Source of the DNA: a virus
IMG/VR virus record: IMGVR_UViG_3300034108_000811
Span: 5,660 to 69,659 of that record
DNA: 64,000 bases
Strand: one strand, 5' to 3'
The translations under genes were made by a program, and so were the position numbers. Shown piece after piece: positions 50,501 through 56,626 of this stretch. The stretch's first letter is position 1, and each line of letters opens with the position of its first letter. Below the pieces are notes generated by a model. That model saw only the letters and a list, made by a program, of their open reading frames with translations, did not search any database and had not been told where the DNA came from.

Positions 50501-50676
50501 TGGTCAATAGTAAGACCTGTTTTACTATCTCCTTTAGTAGTAAAATTATCAAATCCTCCTAAATAAAGATTTAAAGGTCTTGTATTAGGAGAACCTAAAG
50601 GTTGTTCAGGTAGAGAAGATTGCTCTTTGCTAACATCACGACCCCCATCAAGAAGTTCATTATCAAGTATTGCCAT
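35593..50676 (-). CDS. Giant virion RNA polymerase polyvalent protein (crAss-like), with zincin, macro-like and SF1B helicase domains
   Basis: FRIPTQ...AGSDFDIDKL (40768-40791); HEFQH; GYAGTGKTT, MAPTNKA, IIDESSM, LGDGFQL, HKSQGSQW, YTAITR. Confidence 0.9.
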   Translation of the reverse strand: MAILDNELLDGGRDVSKEQSSLPEQPLGSPNTRPLNLYLGGFDNFTTKGDSKTGLTIDQLSSFSKMPSSAPTFASPMQMVPGSELDENKRYDLYLRDRNLENIYGLQQSALSQWGNAAVKFAATAVGTFAMQFSTIPDAISAIKKGSVSELSGKDGYKSDTDMFLRNMEDAFPNYMTDYEKEHPYLAMVPFATGSANFWGNMVLKNLGFTAGAIGGAFVQDLAVGAITGGIGEIPLLASQIGRASLYLNKVFAGTNKVDKVLDLARALNKSEQTILNIKNLAYAAESAKIINGARFGLAMYGSTATESAVESRDGYRQIKEELTRQYKLEHFNSDPTGKDAEQIEDLATNGMNARFGINMGLLLLSNNIQFGNLFKSMIAKDGKLLSGVFSEGVGEIGLKKGSIDVFESKVSEKLLDKAWEKVKPVIGNALAEGVYEEGGQFAAERGTYDYYTRRYKNLSIPRNNENWNTLNEAIKSTGFGLSEQFGKQEGVENMIVGAISAIVSGGILGRIDSRKNNSKDKRTQSAINILNNSPITGSFGQKYDSTLNSMGIASEMKDAVSKGDVYKFNNLKEDMFFNFVTSRIPSGMHDVTIEQLKMLKGLDKEEFEKTFGMNFSAENKGTVSEYVDAMIEKAEKIKEITDSVNLLFKNPFNYYANPTNEQEEIERENYKIFEQYKTDIAYYHNVKDISEDKLQKHDAHLKMNINPMLSAELVSNILRKDGAETLRDEYELEAAALGATITEFTSPQDKKQIRDRIKALRTMSEKINLAIAAKNLDSKGLGKIINFEIGGRKSISDNIISGDSFNDMYNIGIDVNRDRIRRDKAANAIEALSDKKGFKEYFIQAEQVASQSIPEEQEAPVVASVEITNKEGKKEPISVGREYQIEALSPAKINKIADDRYELITPYGDSLFFSNKDTAQEAAEEFNDSLQDYNKVKVLDINADGTLKIEDNAGNITNVDPRKLSGYELVESVEEKMGRHKSSLDQQLSTIFGNSGDIPTSFETGGYEEPALKDAPIFYISTVTESEGGEKNGWEAPISSSPHVIRARYFLNNAKFYPNRGRMKMIVINHKNIEALKLNGIVQMSYNVDASTKVEDIEYDGNKATNVEYGWMASVFVEQDATDGSLHYVDQNGERIGKVGVDTPSLGKIIFQTMPTIKTTDSKGQPRYRGEQQVTLEAYSKAWKKYREDFWQADPNKYEAFEFKISRGIPSRPLVPKLDENGNPVLDKDGKQVMESDKNYVSDVLIPSDLISKTKGIIQISSTGTISHQGESINVPKGRPFFQYGDTLTFIRSSKFSKQQAANLYEIINAMANELIAAQAAGKTPEINTRYSDYLSNVLFWSNRTSPSTNQINLNTDTMQLEIGGIKYGLSEIADKRDEIVNKFQNTYFSINKKTLDGKFFDKFYELYTTKDADGKVVIEERQWTNYQSFLLSNKYPDGKSRSVNELPLFTDIAEPSDGKLSFKQKYAVINGINLPVQTVPKEAPKQTPPPGSKEEPMVGNFFVNKKENIIELKPPFGKVRFKAVPGEKGFFNVEAVSEGAKDLIERKNKGEQLAIDTFNSLKEILVEEYKDKNPEFVSRLSDEQIINALAQIIISSKLKTLNEQPAAPVAPTPTAPVVSAAIADIERRRQELLKEAKVINDRNIELLKDNGTPEPYVVLFDVKEGETSNTFSNKVSQINAITYEELIDKINAKYDAELAALEGAKPSYTYKGIQVIDSSSITTATGEPGAAQYNRTENKITINRELLKKKFDEKAWTSPRKQKDGSSATALSADAFSTYDAWEKFVIEHEFQHSLLSYEESGAKTVGEYEDIINQRALGVEGKPEDKKPPITPPGGNFSAPPTDDDYREISELDEDNRITEEDLAIFKNYVAEVAPNIPYEILENVIKINRTRKAWGVFEKGIVKFVRGGLKGTEYHELGEAIWNGMLSNEEQDAIIADERAKGGTFIDRLSGKKLQYATATRQQIKERIMDDFADYRVGKLPARSLSERIRRFFKAIVDFFKSFGTKPSLKEQLFKDIDAGKFKKEFLFPSVYNKAAEYRAVEGLTEVQTRDFVEDMTARVAVYLFGKSKRLIFNPEKITGVEIFTNIKKKYYESVKPEDRLSEESLNTLIQKTKEKLTTLGITITDDAVDINTEEYNSKEYGGNPFKIDWKQTSPAAIRFVLATLIRSKNEPIEQIIGKGGKLSPELSSVNGYRLINFSKAFGQILEKLSNTTSVQEAVNKTFELAKDDVNYISLLKRLGADISTLSGDKIATMKFDQFDENDWRLFINFWQTFTKQKPDALIEYISGTNVYTQSANFQSAKKEVERAWIENMKLMASDPSSIIKYSAANDKSGKQIGSYIVNTSVLNSLPIRNVQQQIDYLSAIGINFPIDIWQKLSDVPKKMNDKSEKQKFDDAVSSLKSYFGANREVYSVKSKTLQVSGPVSILSELYAKASSYETSNTYIGVDGTQVGSYSENNAPSLFENQFNESNSIDELKQQRPELNDVFSKNSLVLKSGGMFYNEEGRSVRELKVGYIQGGRDRDAGKGLSGYKMSRGYRYAQEINQNLNGRYFVLNQGDGSTPWLMTLGNNISFDDVSAGRAWSQVYDVFTGYLEDEIALASDWKNRKHLANIGEKKAKQLRWFREILPAKTINEIESKIDKGDSVETIMTYVKENAPTINEAVKTYIDRNTEKLKNILVESGQIITREKDLYSYPMLDSDFATSRKFDKSRMTEKGIDNILSFVTINYTIANTEFHKILFGDPYQFKISDKNGEIILDELKRIKSFLSPARSIFNSDEYNNFLNNKYNNVGDVALTEDTPGYHLHKSHTDTITIKDDVIASRLANLLPSAYGEVNVADAASWLMDNTYKEIKLKSGQWDDAAEAFHQWQMAYTRSKFAEKGIYTYPENGKLKAIDKKTLSKPSPEHKLNILKPIVRGSKDGMNHIELVLDKFSQMPIYFSLVEGTQLEDFYIKMFNSKKGYGIVESGRKLGTDETYSLYNGNGEFNTDGFNNNVRVPWSAYSVQVETSYQADKQQIRGTQPTKLVSIDLFENGIPVSDKALRAYRRNKEILDMMHENAYNELLNKLGIEDLGDGFVLSDGNAISEALAYEMFRRELSDNIKDSIQVDDNGEFIFPLEASPSYGQIKNIVYSFIHKSIISVKVNGRPHVQAPVTGFAPLGSSRQLVRQIKDEQGNKKFVNISKEEYEALDDKSKKSVALTDNTLKFYTKDAPYCEVMLPHWFKVKMGGKFKNEAALLDYLNNSPEGKKILSGVAFRIPTQSLSSMEVFRVKGFLPSYMGDTIIVPAEITTKAGSDFDIDKLNMYLKATYIDRNGNIKLVKYLGSEAETKEFFSKEFDSILKNKIFKKNELREAADILSYGLDDPKELVDKYGEILDIMLEGMDPADFNEMITSELKKLTDAQAQAVIKNKWVKEMYKRSIENEYFESMEELLTLPEAFERLITPVDDAGLKKVSQRIIELRGETKSELSILDRTYMTEMRHLYEMAKNWIGIVAVNITGVSITQKVPTYIDPRRFSLLKPIERNLLGNGVVYLPHNSYEKNNEKFISLSGRKTADGTDMFISKRLSGYASGTVDVVKDPYLSKVIRSQLLVGPAMFLERIGAGQSGINFLNQPIIVEYVKMLDNKNIRSLFNSRNIQAIRDRFSYTPDSELVDVPFNVSTLEENIEAYYKNGKLSNSQLIEQQRILTEFLKYAKMAEQNFKFTQAINYDTTKFRSGEALTRKQFLTEKARTQNIICCVDNILEETFIGKQAYLLNSFRQAMGTVFKTEQDIYRFITENTLMKAYAEDEYLSNDDFEKIANKIKASFIDYLILTKTSIGSEVERLMVDPKTSVASRLGELAVKYPEVDVLKRLIPISSDRMLGGKNVKLIINDRGGEAENMNTGMMRELRDSNNELKEFYNDLVKLSILQGTYFSQSSIRNVIPVEDLQTLISPVIRGLNSTNGLEAFIQGSFHRNAFKDDDVVPKVMPKFFFASEDPATYQVDMYGEFYADIFQYYSSLFPNIEMLGMKSTSRMILELNEKYNSGDVPYMYVKVPRVVTDRTTGEMIDMKTGLTITKLSFAEMKQKGDPSLNDVYGYKKVMVNDEPLTYKNDKGDTIYVYKLVNLYGDNPYTVEHKEVFTKSVIDNGTVKVETEIPDSSIVEYYLGKQPPLLQPPKESTQPSTGEKANSERKTYKGRVVSLAPNEIFVFGSNIGSSKGGAPTHGAGSAKLAREKFGAIQGQPRGLQGKSYGIVTKKYYDVEKSSTPQEIINEIKGLYEYAKQNPDKKFLVSDYSEKNLNGYTGQEMANMFSSAGTIPSNIVFNENFDKLVEVSTKPTEQAPSKVVEDIVTAPGYVKESAKKHLPKELFKIRQATQFIGTGGGNDSTTQRMENAYTQVGLANTGNYTSDDLIYVSSNGNRGNRFINVKDGVLQGPYKLIDKAIATGARFIMDTKAHLDNTSGYNIGEVDMANYLTSKGYIREDASGIWSASIAPTVDMNSRQTVAGNEKPTIFETRKNPLSYTTGQTKALLDIQKLIDDSTQSFYLLAGYAGTGKTTLVENMVNYSNMSGRPVLIMAPTNKAVVVLNEKLKESDAKANTSTIHRSIYGEPDPQTGEWIPKALLENSLIIIDESSMISKELMSDLINAAKGRNNIVIFLGDGFQLEQIGEDSGLFSSLKGSSKFQENYGTKLIGSTELTEVKRQSLDSNVLKMATLTREDKKAYIPSVSMEDFTLSSGKGEFISSFRKAIADGEDVIGIVATNNERMIMNQVARMAKFGDGEKAILIDSEKVMSVANSENFANGETFTVDSIGSERADLSTTISITDKNGTVKNYPMKAYEVKTKEIGRTEILFFFSTLDRPSMYHAEILKSIRETNPSLYDGLQSSGLAIRTIKGVKLSPSVIIGTYGYAVTGHKSQGSQWEKVFVNQNYVAPEWNSARWYYTAITRSSKEVILLPQSANVKITPSEISNKVNNIAQPETSTPLPASQQGAPATSPTITVGEFYNSLSQEDRDKLGSMEDIINELLEVPFDIKESEFIEMLKCRL

Positions 50677-50694
50677 TGTTAACTATTGATTTTA

Positions 50695-53352
50695 TTATCT
50701 ACCATATTTAATAACATCTTCAACCGTAGTGGTTCCTATGCTCCTCATAATACCTTCTAGCCCTGCTGCGTCAACATATCCTTTTTTATTAAGCTCAGAT
50801 TGTTTCCAACCATTAGGTGTGTTAACATACATTAACACTTCAAACAAATCATTATCATCTCCTATATTACTATTTGCACCTTTTACATCCATTCTAACTA
50901 TAGAAGCAAGTGATGTTTCAGCAATGCCTGGAATATTATACCCACTAATATATGCGTTCACTGGGTTATCAGTTCCTGTAGAGTTTGTTGTAAAGTTTGC
51001 ATTACCTATTATTTTTGCTTTAATATCTGTAATAAAATTTGCACTGCCACTAATTGTTTCTGGAAAGAAGTTTCTCATTTCAGTAGAAGAAAGAGGTATC
51101 TTTTGCACCGTAGTTCCGTCATCAAGAGTGAGTACCCCTGTACCACCATATTTTTTTGTTAGAACATACCCAGTGGCATCTTTATTTTTTCCTGCTGTTA
51201 ATTGTTTAATAGTTTCTGGATTAAAATCTCCCATCTTCTTAACATCAGCAGCACCTAGTTGTCTGTATTCATTTATCTTATTATTAATAAGGTTGTTAAC
51301 TGTTTGCATCACTTCCTTATCTTGAGTGTTTAAAGTTCCACTATAAGATTGAACGCTAGGCATTCTCTTTGCTAAAAAGTCATCTTGAGCTGTTGTTTTT
51401 TGTTTATGTAAATCTTCAACTTTTAATTGATTATTTCTATATATTTCTCTAGCTCCCCCTACTATTGTTTTTTCAAAAGGAGTTAAAGGTTGATTTTTCG
51501 CATCTTTAATAAAGGCTACTGCTACAGATTGTAATCTTGTTCCTTTATATCTATCCATGATTACCTTCTCATCAAACTTTACATCTTCTGTGGTAGTAAC
51601 ATAAGAAGGACGACCTATCACTGGATTGTATTTATTTGATGCAACTAAACTAGCAACATCGTATAATTCTTTAGCACTATATTTTACTTGTCCTGATTTT
51701 GTATTAACTGTCCACCCAGGTTCTGTTGATAATAAATTGTCCACTTGCTTATCGTATTGTTCAACATGTTTCATAGAACCTAGAGAAAGGCCATTTAATT
51801 GTGCCTTTGTCATTTCTAAGCTTCTGATTCTTTCAAGAAACAATCTTTTACCATTGTTGTTTATATATGGAGCATTAGGATTTGGGTCTCTTACATATTC
51901 AGCTACCACTTTATCAATTACACTTTCTAAATTAGTAATTGGTTTTCCTTCTTTTGTATACCCTACAACTTTGTCAGGATCTTGCACTTCAGAAAATGCT
52001 TTTCTACCATCAACGCTTTTTATCTGTTGTATGTTATCAGAAGCTTCAGTTATGTCTGCATTTAATTTTGATATATAAGAACCGCTTACATTTCCTGTAG
52101 GAAGAGTGTCAGGACTAACAATTGGAGATTTATCTGTTTTTAGTGTTGCTGCACGATTAGTTATTATTTCTCTTTCTTTTTGTTGATAGCTCATATACCA
52201 CTGTCTAGACTGTTGTCTATAATGTTCAGCAGTGAGATTCAGCTTTTGTCTTTCCATGTCCATTTGAGCATAGGGATTATTCTTATACTCATATTCAATA
52301 GATTCATAAGACATGTCTTTTGCTAAATTGTTTAAATATTTATCTGTATATATTGAATATTTATAATTTAACAAATCTTTATCAGAATTTATTCTTGACA
52401 ACTGTCCATCTCTAGCTTTTTCCAAAGCGTTACTATTCAAAAAGTCTTGACTTGATTTAATCTGTGCTTCTTTTTTAGCCCTATCCGCTGCACTTAGTTT
52501 ACCATTAGTGCTTAGTTCTGCAGTTAAATCAATAACGTTTTTTTCAAGTGCTGTTTTTGCATCTTGATAATTATTAGTTATATCTTTTCTAAATCCATCA
52601 ACAGTTGCATTTCTATAGTGATAGTTAGCAGTGATCATTAATTGTTGTTGGTCTCCTTCATCTAAACTATCTTTAAAATTATTTAGAAGAGTTTGAACAG
52701 ATTTACTTTTAGTTTTAATTTGTAAAATTGCATCATCAGGAATAGGATTACCATCTTTGCCTACCATAATGTTCCCAGCATTATCTCTTTTATAAGGAAT
52801 TTCCACCGTATTATCTAGTTCTTTAATTTTATCTCCTAAGTCTCTAAGTTTTTTATTAACATCTTTATATGGAATATATTTACCATTAAATGAACTAGAC
52901 AAGTTAGGATTATTAATCCAACTATTTATTTCACTGTTTAGCCAATACTCATTTTCAGGAGAGGACTTTCCTTCTTTTATAGCCTCTTCCATTAATTTAG
53001 TTTGCTTTTGAACCTTTTGAGTGGAACTTACAGCATTTTGTATAATAGGGTCTTTTGCAAGTTTTCCCACCATACCCCCTACACTATTAACAAGCTGGAA
53101 GTTGGAGAAGTCCGCAGCAGCTACACCCTTGAGATTGTTACCAAGCTCATTAAGTTTAGATTGTAAGTATAGCTTTTGTTCAGGATGTATTATATCCATC
53201 CCAGCCACTTGGTCTATCTGAGACTGGATTCTTTGATAGCCTGCGTCGTAGCGTCTTTGCTTATCCATACCTACAGATACCATAGCTTCTACGGGAAGCT
53301 GTTGGATGTAGGGATTGAATTTAGGAATTGCAGTGTCTGTAAACGATGCCAT
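50695..53352 (-). CDS. Putative internal virion (ejected) protein; start revised to MASFTD
   Basis: Helical FNPYIQQLP...QRRYD N-terminus; first of three large genes; promoter TAAATTTG (- strand, 53359-53366). Confidence 0.7.
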   Translation of the reverse strand: MASFTDTAIPKFNPYIQQLPVEAMVSVGMDKQRRYDAGYQRIQSQIDQVAGMDIIHPEQKLYLQSKLNELGNNLKGVAAADFSNFQLVNSVGGMVGKLAKDPIIQNAVSSTQKVQKQTKLMEEAIKEGKSSPENEYWLNSEINSWINNPNLSSSFNGKYIPYKDVNKKLRDLGDKIKELDNTVEIPYKRDNAGNIMVGKDGNPIPDDAILQIKTKSKSVQTLLNNFKDSLDEGDQQQLMITANYHYRNATVDGFRKDITNNYQDAKTALEKNVIDLTAELSTNGKLSAADRAKKEAQIKSSQDFLNSNALEKARDGQLSRINSDKDLLNYKYSIYTDKYLNNLAKDMSYESIEYEYKNNPYAQMDMERQKLNLTAEHYRQQSRQWYMSYQQKEREIITNRAATLKTDKSPIVSPDTLPTGNVSGSYISKLNADITEASDNIQQIKSVDGRKAFSEVQDPDKVVGYTKEGKPITNLESVIDKVVAEYVRDPNPNAPYINNNGKRLFLERIRSLEMTKAQLNGLSLGSMKHVEQYDKQVDNLLSTEPGWTVNTKSGQVKYSAKELYDVASLVASNKYNPVIGRPSYVTTTEDVKFDEKVIMDRYKGTRLQSVAVAFIKDAKNQPLTPFEKTIVGGAREIYRNNQLKVEDLHKQKTTAQDDFLAKRMPSVQSYSGTLNTQDKEVMQTVNNLINNKINEYRQLGAADVKKMGDFNPETIKQLTAGKNKDATGYVLTKKYGGTGVLTLDDGTTVQKIPLSSTEMRNFFPETISGSANFITDIKAKIIGNANFTTNSTGTDNPVNAYISGYNIPGIAETSLASIVRMDVKGANSNIGDDNDLFEVLMYVNTPNGWKQSELNKKGYVDAAGLEGIMRSIGTTTVEDVIKYGR

Positions 53353-53430
53353 AATTAGCAAATTTAATATGAATTATTATATATTCCAAGAAGAATAACG
53401 AATTTTGGTAAATCGCTATAACTTAACCAG

Positions 53431-56400
53431 TTAGATGTTTTTAAGGTTTTTTACAATAGTCCCATTTCTAGCAACAGTTTTACTATTAGCTTTTCTTTTA
53501 GTTCCAATTATTTGACCTTGTGCATTGTAAGTGAACTCATAATTAGGATTTAGACCTCCACTACCTCCTTGTCCTACACCACCACTTCCATCCATATCAA
53601 ATTGAGCTAAAGGATTCATGTTCATAGCTCTGAATCTTGGGTCAAAACGGTAGTTATATTGATTCTCATACACCTGTAATGTCCTGTTTTCCAGCTTGTT
53701 CTGAGCATATTTAGCACTAATTGAATCAAGAGCAGCTTGTTTTACAGCTTTTGTATTACTCTTAGCTTGTTCTTGTCTGCCATATTGTGTGTCAAGGATT
53801 CCCAGATTTTGAAGCTTGGCTTGGTTGAGAATGTTTCTATTCTCTCCATACACCCTGTCCTTCATAGCTTGGTTAGCACGGAACTGCTCACCTAACACTT
53901 TCTCATTAGCTCCATATTTCTGAGCATTTAATATTGACTGAGCAGCAGGGTTATATCCTGCCATTCTTTGTTGAGACCTATAATCTGCTTGATTCTGATT
54001 TAGTATATCTTGATATGAAATATCATATGGAACACCAAGTTCAGGCTGGAATGTTTGGGCTCTTACAGGTTCTAATTGATTGCTAGCCAATGCGTTCATT
54101 TCTCCATATAGCTGATTGGGGTCAAGAGGTTCTGCATCTGAAGGTCTTAAATAAGGTAACACTTGATTAGCATAATCCATCCATGAGAGTCCTTTGCTAG
54201 GAGCAATTGTTGTTGTTGGAGCTGTTGTTGGAAATTGAAAGAATCCTGGGTCTATAGTTTTAAGAGGTGTTCCTGGCGGTGTTGGTGTACTCACCTCTTT
54301 AGCAGGCTCAGGAGTTATGATGTTTCTTATCAAATCATGATAGGGACCAGGTTTAAAATCTGATGCATTTTTCTTAGCAATTTTTATCTTTTCTTCAAGA
54401 GTTTTTCCTTTTTTAATTAAATTCACAACATCAGCAGCATCCTGTCCTTGATAGTTTTCTAATCTATCAATTATAGATTTAGCTGCTTCTTTATTAGAAA
54501 ACACACTCTCCACCTTAGGTAACCAGAGTTTCTTATATGAAGATTCATCTTTGAACTCTTCAACTGATTCTGTTCCTAGTGGATTATAGTCTATATATCC
54601 AGGATTTTTAGCTTTCTTTTTATATATTCCATTCTGAGCAATGCCATTTCTAGCAGTGGCAATATCCCCATCATTTGTAATCCTCATTAGCTTTTCTTCT
54701 TCAGAAGAATTAACAGCATTTTGAAGCATTGCCAAATCTTGCGTTTGATTGGCATAGTTCTTAAGCTTTTGGTCTCCCCCATCCATTATAGCCTTTTGTG
54801 TGTTAAAAGAAAGCTTATCAAATGGAGAATTCAAATCCATAGAGGAAAGCTTTGTAGAAGCACCATCCATCATTTTGTTTTGCTTACTGGTCTTTTCACC
54901 TATAAGCTTTGCTGCGTTTTTGAATTTCATACCTGATATAGATTTACCATCAATTTTTTGATTTTCTAATAAACTTGCTAAGCCCTTGTTTATCTTAATA
55001 TTTCCAAACACATGCATACTATCTCCTGCAGAACCACCATCTTTTAGCTTAACAGCAGGTTCACCTCTTTCCACTTCCACCTCACTTTCACCATATGTTA
55101 CACCTATACCTGTGCGTCCTTTGTCATCACTCTGATCATGATACTGACCCCTGAACATCACCATTTCTCCACCATCTGGTAGATAGTGGTTGTAAGCCAT
55201 AGGTTCTGCATATCCACCCCAATGTGTTTTGAGTTCTCCACCCATAGCCATTCTTTCTGTAGACATAGCTTCTTCTGAGGGATTTGTGTATTCTTTCAAA
55301 TGTCCTCCTGCACGTAGGGTGTCCATTGTTCTATCTGGTCTTAATAAATCAGACATTTTATGTTCTCCAAAGGAAGCTATCACTTGAGGTTGCCATGTGT
55401 GGCTAACCCATTCATAATCAGAATCTACCATTCCCCCATCCTTCATAAAAGAAGAATTCTGTACTTGAGAAGCTTGCATACCATTTTGAAAAGCCATAGA
55501 ATTAATATTCCCCATAGCAGCATCCTGAGCTTTCTTTATCTTTTGTGGGTTTTTGTCAAGAGCCATTCCAATTAACTGTCCTCCCACTTGCCCTATCATT
55601 TTACCACCTGGCCCAAAGAATGAACCTATTGTACCACCTATTGTGCCACCAAGATTACCTCCAGCATTCTCACCACCAATAGCTGTAATCAACTGACTAC
55701 CAAAATTTCCAACACCAGCATCTTCTAAACTTCCCAAAACTCCACCATCCTGATATTGTTTCATTCTACCACTATCATTTAATGGCTCATATCCAAGATC
55801 GTCATATAATGTATTAGGAGCATATGTATTAGCTATCTCTGCCCCATTCTTTGCAAGGACATTTGTTCCTACACCATATATAGGAAACTTTTCTTCCCCT
55901 GTCCTTTCTTCCCCTGTCATCTGTTGATCTTCAGGACGAACATATCTACGTTGCACTTCTTCTTGACGTGTTCTGGAAGCTTGTAAAGCTACATCACTCA
56001 CTTGTTCAGCTTGTTGAGCTCTTTCTACAGCTCTCTTCTCTTCTCTCAATGCTTGCACCCCTTCTATAATTTTACCAGCAGAAGGCATTATCTTTCCTAA
56101 TGCACTGTCTAGTTTTGAACCAGGTTTTTTATCTATGTTAGGAGCAGTTTTAGCTGGAGTGTTCTTTGGAGTTTTAAATGAGCTGAAATAATCTTGTGCA
56201 GGCTGTTTAGCAAAGCTTTCCATGTTCTGCATTCCTCCAACTGATTGAGGATCAATGAATTGTGGAGCTGGAGCAGGAGGCATAAGAGCTGTTGGTACAT
56301 TAGGATTTCCCCAAACATTATTACCAGAAGGCATCATGTTTTGCATTCCCCCCACTTTTCTAGGATTCATAAACTGCGGTGGTTGAGCATAATTTACATA

Positions 56401-56625
56401 TCCTTGAGCATATGGCACTTGTGTATTAGGTGCCTGCACACCAAGATTTGGCATTTGGAACTGCTGCATTTTATAAGGAGTTTGAGACTTCATAACTCCA
56501 ACTCCCACTTGAGCTTTCTTAAACTCTTTCTTATGAGCCTTCATAAATGCTTCTTCTGTGGGATATTTCTTGTAGAATTCCTTGTCAGACTTAACACCAG
56601 CTATTTTTAAAATTTGAGCTTTCAT
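53431..56625 (-). CDS. Putative internal cargo protein, 1064 aa
   Basis: FYKKYPTEEAF start, glycine zipper, H...GIGV...EVERGE domain, Q/N-rich C-terminus, many xxxG(G) motifs. Confidence 0.7.
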   Translation of the reverse strand: MKAQILKIAGVKSDKEFYKKYPTEEAFMKAHKKEFKKAQVGVGVMKSQTPYKMQQFQMPNLGVQAPNTQVPYAQGYVNYAQPPQFMNPRKVGGMQNMMPSGNNVWGNPNVPTALMPPAPAPQFIDPQSVGGMQNMESFAKQPAQDYFSSFKTPKNTPAKTAPNIDKKPGSKLDSALGKIMPSAGKIIEGVQALREEKRAVERAQQAEQVSDVALQASRTRQEEVQRRYVRPEDQQMTGEERTGEEKFPIYGVGTNVLAKNGAEIANTYAPNTLYDDLGYEPLNDSGRMKQYQDGGVLGSLEDAGVGNFGSQLITAIGGENAGGNLGGTIGGTIGSFFGPGGKMIGQVGGQLIGMALDKNPQKIKKAQDAAMGNINSMAFQNGMQASQVQNSSFMKDGGMVDSDYEWVSHTWQPQVIASFGEHKMSDLLRPDRTMDTLRAGGHLKEYTNPSEEAMSTERMAMGGELKTHWGGYAEPMAYNHYLPDGGEMVMFRGQYHDQSDDKGRTGIGVTYGESEVEVERGEPAVKLKDGGSAGDSMHVFGNIKINKGLASLLENQKIDGKSISGMKFKNAAKLIGEKTSKQNKMMDGASTKLSSMDLNSPFDKLSFNTQKAIMDGGDQKLKNYANQTQDLAMLQNAVNSSEEEKLMRITNDGDIATARNGIAQNGIYKKKAKNPGYIDYNPLGTESVEEFKDESSYKKLWLPKVESVFSNKEAAKSIIDRLENYQGQDAADVVNLIKKGKTLEEKIKIAKKNASDFKPGPYHDLIRNIITPEPAKEVSTPTPPGTPLKTIDPGFFQFPTTAPTTTIAPSKGLSWMDYANQVLPYLRPSDAEPLDPNQLYGEMNALASNQLEPVRAQTFQPELGVPYDISYQDILNQNQADYRSQQRMAGYNPAAQSILNAQKYGANEKVLGEQFRANQAMKDRVYGENRNILNQAKLQNLGILDTQYGRQEQAKSNTKAVKQAALDSISAKYAQNKLENRTLQVYENQYNYRFDPRFRAMNMNPLAQFDMDGSGGVGQGGSGGLNPNYEFTYNAQGQIIGTKRKANSKTVARNGTIVKNLKNI

Positions 56626-56626
56626 A

